A stretch of DNA of 62,091 bases, filler included, from Choristocarpus tenellus KU-1152 (lineage: Eukaryota; Protista; Phaeophyceae): the NCBI GenBank assembly GCA_964200185.2. It is 9 parts of 9 records of this genome, joined end to end, with 100 filler letters (N's around TTAATTAATTAA, not from the genome) between each part and the next. Parts side by side here need not be neighbours in the genome. Positions count along the whole stretch, not along the records: positions 8,357 to 20,009 come from CAXNAD020002204.1; positions 20,110 to 32,494 come from CAXNAD020001854.1; 7 more parts are not named here. One strand, given 5' to 3'. Of the stretch, positions 13,129 to 23,288 are shown in pieces; the stretch's first letter is position 1, and every line of letters begins with the position of its first letter. The notes under the pieces were generated by a model that worked only from the letters and a program-made list of their open reading frames with translations, did not search any database and was not told where the DNA came from. A program made the translations under genes and the position numbers.

Positions 13129-16100
13129 GACACTTGTGCACAAGTGTTCATTGACATCTTACTACATACTCCATGTAAAACGTGGTGATGTGACTTTTTT
13201 TTTATGCCAGGAAGTTATTGTGTTCACGCTGGTGTTCCTTACATCCACCATCGGTGTTGTATTGTTTCAATGGTACAAGCCATGCCTACCTGACGTGATC
13301 TGATATTGAGGCCATAGGGGTACAGTCGAGGCAATATCTCTCTTCTTTTCACGGCAGTCGAGGGGTCTCAACATAAGGCACCAGTTATCTATCTTTGCAG
13401 GGTGTACTCTCTTGGACCTTGATAAATTGTTCCCTTCCCCCCCCCCCCACTCTGTTCATTCGGGGGGTTTTCAAATAAAGGCAGTTTTGCGGCTTGACGT
13501 TTTCTTGCTACACCCTCAAATGATGTAGTACCTGACCGCTTCGCTGGCATCCAGCAGCACCCACCATCTTTCAGAATGCGTTGCTGGTTACGACACATAA
13601 TTTCGGAGAGGCTAAGCACGTTACGGGCTCTTGCTTTCTGTCCCTTCCGGAGTTGTACCCAATTGTTAGCCTTGAACAGTAACTTTTTTTTTGTGCCTGA
13701 CGGACATCCCCCACGACGTGTGTCCTCATGGACTGTCTTTTGGAACAGTGGACGATGCTTCGTATGCATACAATAGAGCGGCCCTACACGCACAGGGTGC
13801 TGGCGCTGCTGTTCTCAACCCCGTCAAGGATGGATACATGCCTCCCCCTCCTAGAGGAAAACCAGTGCGTGTTCCGCGTCACAAGCTTTTGGTCCCGCAG
13901 ATGCTTTTGCTGAAGCGTGCACAGGTGGGTGGAGCGCGTTGGTTTCTTATCATTTGCAGGGTTGCGCTATTGAAGGCGTTTTGTGTAACTGTTTCTTGTT
14001 GGTCTGAGGCTAGATACGGCTTAGCTCCAGTTACTATTTATACTGTTTAGATACATACATATATATTATATATTTTCCCCTTTTGTTCATGCTGGGGTTG
14101 CTGTGGTTTTGTGCACCAAGCTAGTGCGTAATGCAGGCATGAAGTTGTGTTCTTTCTGATTGTTCCTGTTTGTTGGTTGTGTTTTTATTGTTGTGCCAAA
14201 CTACGTCATTCCACTCACTTGTTTTTGTACGATTGCCCCACCCTGCCGGTGACCCCATGCCCCAACTCTCTTGAAAGCACAGGGGCAGTTCACTGCTGAG
14301 CAGGAGAGGCGTAGATGGCAGGCTGAGGGTACTTGGCACCCGCCCCTCGTGGGAGACAAACACCAAGTCTCCAATCTTCCCATGGCCCGTAAAAAATCTG
14401 TACAGGTCGACCAAACTCTCCAAAAATGCACTTCCTCAAACCTGCAGTCAGCTCACCAGACCACTGTTACCGGGTCAGCACCTGCCCTTGCCCCACTCCT
14501 ACCAATGGCTGGCTCTGAGTCAGAACCATCTTCAGAGACACGGCCTCGTGGGGAGTGTAGTTCATCTTCAAGTGGTTTGAGTAAGTGCGGCGATTGCAGA
14601 TGTCTCCTCTCCTCGTGCCGCTGTATCTGCGGTGGAAATGTTTCGGAGGGTGGAGGTGGAAGTGTGGATAGTTCAACTCAAGATTGTGTGCGGGAGGTGG
14701 CTGAAAGTATGAGGAGTGTTGCCCCGGTAGTGTTGTCAGGAAAGGCAGCGGTGGATGATGCCGGTCCTAGCGTGTCATCTCCATCTCACCTACAGACTCC
14801 AGCATCTGATGCTTGTCGCTCCTATGTTGGAGGTTTGATCGGAGTGGAGAATCACATGAAGAACCCTTTTCCTGACCCGACCCCTGGGCTATTGCCTTCA
14901 GCACCATCTTCACTGGCTGCTCAAGTGCCTGCTACGCGGGTTCAATCCAAGGTAGGAGTGGTTCAAGAGAGGTCTGAGCCTTCTACTGTGGAACCTCCGG
15001 CCCCTCCTACCTTGAGCCCATTTGGACGTGATGATGCCGCTGACATTGCGGCCTTCAGTGATATCGCGGAGCTCGTGTGGAGCCCTCGTCCTCCTCTGCC
15101 CCGACGAAAGAACGTTGGTGGAGATGGCACTGGGGATGCATGTAAGGGTAGCCCTGAAGCAGCAGATGCGGTCACTGCTGCAGCGTGGGCCAGGGATAGC
15201 GATCTCCTGAGAAGGTTGGCCCCGGCTCATGTTGAGAAGGCGATGCAGGTCTTGCAGGTCTGTCGTCATGACCCGGATAGGGCGGCACAGGTTCTTTCAG
15301 TACGGCATGGCATCAAGGTGAAGGGCAGGGGAGAGTAGCTGAAGTGTTGTGTGTACTGATAGCATGTGTATGTACTCCCTTGGAACAAATTAGTCACCTG
15401 TCAATCCCTGTGGTGTTTGTAGCCTAACGGTGAGAGTGAAGTACTATCTTGTTTTGAAGGAAGTCCCCTGCTCTGTTGTTGTTGTTAGTGAATGTACACT
15501 TAAGGTACAGTAGAGTTACGTCAATGTTGGTAATAATGGCAAGGCTGGGGTTGGGAGAGGGGATGCATAGGGTTAGGATCAGGGATAGATTGGAGGCGTG
15601 ATCCGAAATCATGGAGAGTCTTTTGGACACCTCACTTGGGAAGTAATGGACAGCGATACGCTTCCGATCCCTTCAGACACACCAAGGGCTCACACAAGAA
15701 TAGAATGCCAAGTGTTTTGGACACTGGTCCACTCAATGTGAGAAAGTACTGTGTTAGGTGTAAATGCCACCGTTTCTTATCCCTTACCTACCCCCACAGT
15801 TATTTTAATTTTTTCTCCTAATGCTGTCAACTAGAACCTATCTGTGCCAGCGTTTTCAGTTGCGTATCTGAGAGCAGCGTACATCACTGCTTTTTTTTTT
15901 CTTCCATTTGTCACCAGTTCCCCTGTCCTCCTCTCTAATCTATCGTGATCATTAACGGGGGTTTTTCTGTGTTGGTGCTGCAGGTGGATGGGATGGGTGT
16001 AGCCAGGACTACTCGAAACACTTGTGGGGGGGAAGGGTTAGGGTTACCTTTGTCATCAAGCCCAGCCACTGGGGTACAGGCTGTCGAAGTTCAGTCCCCA

Positions 16101-16891
16101 CGTGCCTCATTTGGGGGGGGTGGCAGTTGGGGTGGTGTAGGGTACGGAGGGGTGGCGACAGATACACCAGATGCTCAGGGTTTTAGACGTGAGGAAGTGA
16201 GTAGGGCAAACGAGGCGTTCGTGCAACATGGGCGTAACTTGGATGCAGTGGCTCTTTTGTTGGGGTGGAGGAAGAACCGTGTAGTGGATTACTACTACAG
16301 GGTGTGGAAGTTCTCGCCGTCATACCAGGTTGGTTTTTGATGGACAATGAAAGTTGTGTGACTTTTGGTTGGAGCTGGGTCTTGGATCGAAATTCTGATG
16401 TGAGGGCAGGGCAAGGGCAATGAATGCTCTCCTGGTGGGTGAAGAAGGTGAAATGAGGCTGCTACATATTCTGGGCTGGCTTTCCCCCCTGGTGTGTTCA
16501 TTGGTTTCCCCTGAACTCGTGAATGATCTTGTAGAGGTTGTTTGCTGTTTATCTTGGCCCTGCTCTTGCAATACTTGGGGAACCATTTTGAAGCGGAATA
16601 TTAATGGTACGTGCTATTTTTTAATTCCAAACATGTTATTTTATTATTCAGGTTTGGAAGGCAACCCGTCACCAGGCGGGGCTGCCTGTCAGCACTGGTG
16701 GATCAGTGTCTTCTGCAGCAATACCAACAAGAAAGGGGGAAAGTGGAGGTGGAGAGAACTGTAGTGGAGCTAGCAACCCTGTACCATTAGCAGCAACACT
16801 TAGGTTCTCGGGTGTAGGGGTCTTGCCCAATGCCTCAACAGAGGGTATGCGCTGGAGGGGGTCTCGTCTTAGAACCCTCAAGGCTACATAG
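9307..16891 (+). CDS. Chromatin/transcription regulator with PHD finger (C-terminal half), 2x AP2, split ELM2 and SANT; 5' partial (exons 9307-9345, 10111-10170, 11033-11350, 11783-11878, 12775-12856, 13749-13924, 14283-15317, 15984-16328, 16652-16891)
   Basis: All junctions are GT-AG with consistent phases. PHD: VYHLHCVTPKLEK|MPEESLWICPDC. AP2-1: YHGVRKENDAYRSFFIQKNQAVDLGLYALAIDAARAYDRK|VRSIWGDSAQCNF. AP2-2: K|GVMRSFHQWRAEIQWGNKKRHLGFFDK|LDDASYAYNRAALHAQGAGAAVLNP. ELM2: PLVGDKHQVSNLP...ELVWSP...VEKAMQVLQVCRHDPDRAAQVL. SANT: FRREEVSRANEAFVQHGRNLDAVALLLGWRKNRVVDYYYRVWK. Stop TAG ends at 16891. A 10-N gap (10831-10840) and a possible extra exon from 10707 lie between the PHD and AP2 exons. Confidence 0.85.
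9923..9945 (-). repeat. Interstitial telomere-like (TTAGGG)n tract
   Basis: ctaaccctaaccctaaccctaac; similar short tracts at about 3546, 9048, 12058-12098, 34336-34362, 36632, 37085-37110, 38040-38068 and 44989-45006. Confidence 0.8.
13063..13123. repeat. (CA)n microsatellite
   Basis: About 30 CA units; other (CA)n tracts at 10546-10572 and 30168-30215. Confidence 0.9.
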
Positions 16892-17784
16892 TGCAAGGGT
16901 AGGGTAGAGGTATGTGGGTCAGCTCTTTGGAGAGATTCTGACCAGGGGGGATGGACATTTGGTTGAAGAGGCATGTGAAGATGCGAAGGAGAGCAGGAGA
17001 GATGACTGGGAGAGAAGGGGCTGAGGAAAGTGGAGATTAATTGGGGTATAAATGAGGTGGATATGCTTGTTGACCTGCTTTTGCTCTTGCTTTGGATTGG
17101 GAAGCAAGTTCTGGCAAACTATGACGTTGGAGGGACTGGGAGAGAGCAAGTTTTTATCGTCTGGAGCAGTCGATTTTTGCCTGGAGATTAATGTTCTTAA
17201 GGCATGTTGATGCTGAAAGCCAAGCATGGACCTGCTGAGGGTGGGAGTTCAGGGAAAGCTGTTTGTTGTTACTACCTGTGAACAGTTGGTGGAATGAAAT
17301 ATGTCAAGGGGGTTCTGAAGCTTGGATGTTTTTGAGTAGGGTTGAGTATATCTTCATGAAGCTTTTGGATTTTGAAAAGAAGTCTACTGTTGAGCTAGAA
17401 AATTCTCTATCTGGGGGTGCTAAGTTGCAAATTTGGCTTGAGGTGCATGCCCATGTCGTGGAAATGGGATGTTACAGTGGTAGTGTAAAGAGCATTGTGT
17501 TTGTATTTATGTAGTGAGTGAAGGGTGTAACAAATGCGACACCTTGTTGCTTGAAGCATGGTTTCAGCATAGTTTTCAGTGGTAAGGAAGAGCATGTACT
17601 ACTCCAGAGAAGTACAGCAGTAGCTCTTCAGGGTGTTCTAGGATGAGGGCTGTGAATGTCATGTTTTTTTTGCATTCTGAGTGCTTGTAGTGAGTAATAT
17701 TTGTGAATATCTGTTGTTGACAGCGCTCTACTACTACTACGTAGTGCAATGTTATTAGTAGTCGATGTTTTTCTCCTACTGTTG

Positions 17785-18028
17785 AGGCTGAATGGTTGCA
17801 AGTTTGAATTTTTAGGGTCCTGAGCTATGGCAAAGAGGCATCATTTTGTACAACTGCAAAAAGAGCCTTTTCTGAATTATGGTCCCGCTTTGGGTGTGGA
17901 AAGGGGGAATATCAATTTTTCGGTACACTACTATTGTGCATATAAACCAAAAATGAAATAGGGTGTACTGCAAAGGATAGCAAAGATGGCTTAGAATGCG
18001 AAAAGGGCCCAAACCTGCCTAACCTCTC
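17785..18028. mobile_element. MITE family B, diverged copy
   Basis: Colinear with 25700-25927 (cattttgtacaactg...gtgtggaaagggggaatat...attgtgca...gcaaagatggcttagaatgcgaaaagggcccaaacctgccta). Confidence 0.7.
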
Positions 18029-18899
18029 AATTTTTTTTACCTTCAGCATATTGAAGCCAATACTGGGTGGGATAGAAGACTGCTACTCAAGAATTTCCGA
18101 TTTGTATTGAATAGGAGTTATCTTCGTTTCGCACTGAAGTTCCATGCGCACCATTTCTGTTGAAGCAAAGATGCGTCACAACAATAATAGATCCAACATT
18201 CAATCAAATGTTTACTCTTCTGGACCACAATGACGAAAGTGGCAACCATCATGAAAATACTCTTTCAAGTATACCAAGGTCATACAAGCATTGGATGGAG
18301 TGTCTGCACAGCTGACATTGAGGCAAAAACCGTTCTGAATGTGGTCAGCATGGTTCATGATATGTATGTTATCACAGTGAGGTGGCGATGTGATCCGTAC
18401 CCACAATCACGCTTTGCACCAACCACTTAGCACTATTATAAATTCTTGTCTTCTGTGCTATACTACGTAGAAGTACTAGAGTAATACGTGTAGGGTGTAT
18501 ACTAGACAAGTCCACACTAACACAAGTAATCCCCTGCTTCGACAATGAGGTTTACAATATTTTGTCACACCTCAAGTGGATATTTCCCTGTCTAGTAACC
18601 TACAGTATTTTCCAACCTGATGACACTTGTTATTTCCTTCTTCTGCCCACTTACGGTCTAGAACCAGGTTTTGCAGTGCAATTTGAAAGCACCATAAAAA
18701 GATTTTTTAATCTCACCAAAGTGGAGAGAAAATTGCTACATATTACACATATTTCAGAAGAAGATACAAGATCAAGGATCGAGAGAGGCATAGCATCCTA
18801 CAGGAGGGTTCGTAAGTGTGAAGGCCCCCTTGACTTCTCTGGGTACATACATATGTTTCTTAACACTCTGTATAGAGAATGGTTTTGCACTTCTACAGC

Positions 18900-19400
18900 C
18901 AAGCCTCCTTACGAAGTTTAGTAATAACTGTATGTCAGGCATGGGAATGGAGACGTTAGGGGAGTAGATTTTGCAAGCCCTATAGTCTAAAAAAGTTCAA
19001 AACTGAACCCCTTCTAGGAAATCATTACTCAGAACGACAACATAGGGGAGAGGTTACCATCAGACTTACCTTTGGTCGTAACAGGACTACCCCAAGGCTT
19101 GGCACGGTTTTCAATGATGCCTTGCTCTTCCATGGCGTTGAAACATGAGCCAAATCACTTCTTGAGTAAGAATTTTTGCTATGTACGAGTTTCTGTGAAC
19201 AGGTTTGGTATCTGCCTAGTCACCAAGGTTCTTGGGGTGATCTTTAACATTTGCGTCTACAAAAGGTGGGGAAGAAATGCAAACAGCATATTCACCCTTG
19301 TAAAAATCGATCGGTGTGCGGTCTAAGAACTCCTCCCACTTCGCAGTAATAGGGAGGAAAAGTCCGGCAATATGTTTCAAATTAAGCGATGAGTCAGTCT
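18900..19400 (-). mobile_element. Degenerate Ty3/Gypsy-type reverse transcriptase remnant
   Basis: Minus-strand translation NAMEEQGIIENRAKPWGSPVTTKGKSDG...FLDYR...IPMPDIQLLLN matches the start of Gypsy RT (GIIE.S.SPW.SPV..V.K.DG..RFCVDYR...P.P.I). It is broken by stops/indels and may extend to about 18150. Confidence 0.6.
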
Positions 19401-19601
19401 CCATTAATTACGTAGCAAGATATCAACAAATTCTATCACTATTTGCTATCAATATATACTATCAAGTAGGGAGCAAATATATCGTGCAGTGTGTCTCTTT
19501 TCTCCGCATGATGCAAGGGTCATGGAATGCCCTTGTGATGGAGTTGATTTTCTTCTATCTTGTTCTTGCCCAGTTGGACAAAGATGTACCAATCCAGGGA
19601 T

Positions 19602-19851
19602 TACAGAATCTTAGAGGATACAAGTTTTCCCCTGTTTGTCTGTTTGGGGTTTAGCTTCCCACGGGGTTTTATGACATTTTACCTACTCGGAAATGTTGGA
19701 GAGTAGGTAGAATGTATACGTTATGAAAACATATGTCCGGAACAAGGATGATGACACTTCCTAACAAACACGATGGACATAATTACATCAAAATCACAAC
19801 ATTGGGTTTTGGCCCCAAAACGGACGCAGCTCTACCCTCTAAGATACTTTG
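19602..19851 (+). mobile_element. MITE family A copy (left TIR decayed)
   Basis: Colinear with 26461-26709 over about 250 bp; ends TACCCTCTAAGATACTTTG. Confidence 0.8.
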
Positions 19852-20009
19852 ACAGGTGTCAAGTGTTATATGGTTGATCTCACGGCATTATTCGCACATG
19901 AGAGCTTCCAAGTATTTCAGTATGGGCAGCATTTTCAACCTGTTCTAGTTGCTTGAGAGTAGGGTCTTAGCCACATCTGCCCCTATCAGATAAGCCGCCA
20001 TCTGTGGGC

Positions 20010-20109
20010 NNNNNNNNNNNNNNNNNNNNNNNNNNNNNNNNNNNNNNNNNNNNTTAATTAATTAANNNNNNNNNNNNNNNNNNNNNNNNNNNNNNNNNNN
20101 NNNNNNNNN
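20010..20109. other. Artificial contig spacer
   Basis: N44-TTAATTAATTAA-N44. Confidence 0.98.
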
Positions 20110-20762
20110 CCACTGGTACATTGGCCCGGTGCTGCCCAGGTCTTGGGGGGCCGTAGTCTCGATGACTCCTCTGCCCTGATCTGGCACCCCCTCGGCTAGC
20201 TCGACAGCTGCTTTCATTTTTTTCAGAGGGGACCTCACTAGGGCTTCCCCCATCAGCGTTTCCAAGAGATCCTATCTGATGCCGATGGAATTGTAGGATT
20301 TGAACACCTATTGTCGACGATCTCCTCGGTCTGCTTCTTCCTCCACCCCTCACCAACGCCAAGGCGCGTGGTGCTACTTCAACGAATGAACTCACCAGCA
20401 CTGTTCTGGTCCTAAACATAGCTAGTGTTACGACCGTCACCCCAGTCCTCCAACTAGTCCTCATTAGCAACACTGTTATAGTTGTGTATATCAAACACAA
20501 CAGTATGGTTGTAATCACTTGTTTGTACCACTTGAGTATTGTGGTGATATTTAAATTGTTATGAAAGGGTGGCATAGGGCAGTCTATACCTTTGTTTGTC
20601 TCATGTTGACATGTCACTTCCTCTTCGCGTTGTTCCATGTCTTCTACAAACTCTTTTGTCATGCACAAGAACTACCAAGGTTGGGCCCCACAGCCCGAGC
20701 ATTCCCGAACTGTAGTGACGGGAGGGCATTGGATCCATAAGTTTAGGAGATAGGTGGTTGCA

Positions 20763-23288
20763 ATGAGACATCATAACCTGAGGTTGCTTGTTGGGGGTGG
20801 TGATGGGCTTCACCAAAGACATCAACTAACTCCCCCAGTACAGAGACACACGATCGGCTGTGGACGGCCGCTTTTCTTCTGGCCTTGCGGTGCTTGTCAT
20901 AGTCGAAAGCTCTTCCCCATTTGGTGTACTCATCAGCGCTATTTCAGCTCAACCTTCGCTAGCTTTGGGAATGAGGGAAATGAGGGGAGAGGAAGACGGA
21001 AAGGCTTGGGTGGGCAAAAACGAGCAGGGTTTGAGCATGGTGAGAGCAAAGAATGGCAAGAGAAATACAACAACCTACCCACTGAAGAGACTAAGGGCAT
21101 TGGGAGGAATCCTAAAGACTGGAAGGGGCTACTGCAGGCCCTGACCTTAGGCAAAGCAAAAGGTATGCAAGTCGATGCCCTCATGTACGACGAGTGTATA
21201 AATTTGATGGCGGACTGCAAGAGATGGAAAGAGGCCTTGGCACTGTTGGAAGAGATGAAAGTCGAGGGATTCCCCCCGACTGTGATAACCTACAATATGG
21301 TTATCAAAGCTTGTGCAAAAGGGGGAATGTGGACATGTGCCTTGTCGTTAGTAGATGAGATGAAGGCCAATGGGGTCAGTCCTGACCAGTTCACCTTCAA
21401 CACGGCGATATCTGCCTGTGGGAAACAGGGGCAGTGGAGACATGCAGTGTCCTTACTGCATGAGATGCAAGCCAAGGAGATTCCGGCTGACGCTTTCACC
21501 TACAATGGTGTTATATCTGCATGTGCAAATGGAATGCAGTGGGAGAAGAGTCTTTTTCTGCTAGGCCAGATGCGGGGCACTGGTATTGCCCCTGATGTCT
21601 ATACCTATAGCGCAGTCATCACTGCCTGTGGAAATGGGGGTCAATGGAAACGAGCTCTGTCGTTGCTAGATGAGATGCAAGATCTGGGAATTCACCCAGA
21701 CCGGTACATCTACAACTCGGCCCTCACGGCCTGTGGGAAAGGCGGGCAGTGGAAACATGCGTTGAGGTTACTTGATGTTATGCAGGCAAAGGGGATTTTC
21801 CCCGATGCCTACACCTACAGTACGGTCATCAAAGCATGCGGAGAATGGGGATTGTGGAAGCGTGCTCTGTCATTGCTTGATGAGATGCAGGTAAAGGGGG
21901 TTACGCCCACTGCAGTCGTGTACAGCTCAGCCATAAAGGCCTGTGGAAAAGGGGGGCAGTGGGATTACGCTCTTTCTTTGTTGAGTGAGATGAAGTACAA
22001 GGGGGTTACACCAGATAACCACATCTACAATGCCGTCATAGGCGCCTGTGCAAATGGGGGACAGTGGGAACAAGCTCTGTCATTGCTCCACGAGATGCAG
22101 GTTGCAGGGATCTTTCCGAACAATTACACGTACGCTTCCGCTCTTAGGGCTTGCGGAAATGGGGGGCAATGGGAACGTGCGTTGTCTTTGCTAGGCGAGA
22201 TGCGGATAAAGGGAGTGGCCCCTGATGTATATGCGTACAGTGCAGCTATCAAGGCTTGTGGTGGAAGTGAGGAAGGTCAGTGGGTTCACATTTCGCGTTT
22301 GCTAGATGAAATGTGGTCCACAGGGGTTGCCCCCACGGTGGTCGTCTACAACTCAGCTATCAACGCCCTTGAAAAGGCAAAGCAGTGGGAACTAGCACTG
22401 TCATTGCTGGATGAGATGGATTCCAAAGGGGTTGTGCGTGATGCTTACACCTACAGTGTAGCCATCACAGCTTATGGACAGGGTGGAGAGTGGGAATCTG
22501 CTGTTTCACTCCTGGAGGAGATGCACACTAATGGACTCCCCCCCAATGTGTATGCCTACAATGCTGCCATCAAAGCTTGTGGGGATTGGGGCCAATGGAG
22601 GCAGGCTGTTTCATTGCTGGAAGCATTACAAGTCAAGGGGGTTACCCCCACTGTGATACTCTACAACTCGGCCATTGTAGCGTGCGGAAAGGGGGGTCAA
22701 TGGGAACGTGCACTGGTGTTGCTAGATGAGATGAAGGATAAGGGGATACGACTGGATGTGCGGACTTACGGTGCGACAATCAATGCCTGCGAAAGGAGAG
22801 ATCAATGGGAGCGTTCCTTGTTGCTAGTGGATGAGATGAGGGAGAAGGGTATCCCCCTCACCTGCTTCATCTATACCATGGCCATCAAAGCCCATGGGAA
22901 AATGGGCCAGTGGGGACATGCTCTGGTGCTACTTCGTGAGATGCAAACAGTGGGGGTGCAACCTGATGGCAATGTGTACAGGGCAGCCATCATTGCCTGC
23001 AGTGACATGAACCAGTCGCAACATGTCCTTCAAGTCCTGAAGGACATGCGTGCCAAGGGGGGTCGGGATGAGTTCACCAACAAGACAGAGATGGAGGCCG
23101 GCACGGCAATAAACCAGTGTGAGGTTGCTCTCTCCCTTGTTGGCGAGATGCAGGCTAAGGGGTTTGCATGTGATGCCGATATTTTCGATGCAGTCTTGAA
23201 AGCCTGCGGAGAGGGGCACAGGGCGGTTGGAATTCACTCTCTCAGGAGTGAAGGAAGGAGGGATGCAGGCCCGGGGGACTCCACTTGA
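20763..23288 (+). CDS. Intronless P-type pentatricopeptide repeat (PPR) protein, 841 aa, probably organelle (mitochondrion?) targeted
   Basis: Uninterrupted ORF with 18 tandem repeats of about 35 aa (consensus PDVYTYSAAIKACGKGGQWERALSLLDEMQxKGV) plus about 2 degenerate ones. The N-terminus is Arg-rich and acid-poor, ending HQRYFSST. No E/DYW/SMR tail is evident. First ATG at 20763. Confidence 0.95.
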   Translation: MRHHNLRLLVGGGDGLHQRHQLTPPVQRHTIGCGRPLFFWPCGACHSRKLFPIWCTHQRYFSSTFASFGNEGNEGRGRRKGLGGQKRAGFEHGESKEWQEKYNNLPTEETKGIGRNPKDWKGLLQALTLGKAKGMQVDALMYDECINLMADCKRWKEALALLEEMKVEGFPPTVITYNMVIKACAKGGMWTCALSLVDEMKANGVSPDQFTFNTAISACGKQGQWRHAVSLLHEMQAKEIPADAFTYNGVISACANGMQWEKSLFLLGQMRGTGIAPDVYTYSAVITACGNGGQWKRALSLLDEMQDLGIHPDRYIYNSALTACGKGGQWKHALRLLDVMQAKGIFPDAYTYSTVIKACGEWGLWKRALSLLDEMQVKGVTPTAVVYSSAIKACGKGGQWDYALSLLSEMKYKGVTPDNHIYNAVIGACANGGQWEQALSLLHEMQVAGIFPNNYTYASALRACGNGGQWERALSLLGEMRIKGVAPDVYAYSAAIKACGGSEEGQWVHISRLLDEMWSTGVAPTVVVYNSAINALEKAKQWELALSLLDEMDSKGVVRDAYTYSVAITAYGQGGEWESAVSLLEEMHTNGLPPNVYAYNAAIKACGDWGQWRQAVSLLEALQVKGVTPTVILYNSAIVACGKGGQWERALVLLDEMKDKGIRLDVRTYGATINACERRDQWERSLLLVDEMREKGIPLTCFIYTMAIKAHGKMGQWGHALVLLREMQTVGVQPDGNVYRAAIIACSDMNQSQHVLQVLKDMRAKGGRDEFTNKTEMEAGTAINQCEVALSLVGEMQAKGFACDADIFDAVLKACGEGHRAVGIHSLRSEGRRDAGPGDST

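Noticed and set aside
20054-20668. 204-aa minus-strand ORF upstream of the PPR gene
   Set aside because: Runs into the N spacer, has no recognisable motif and no convincing splice structure.
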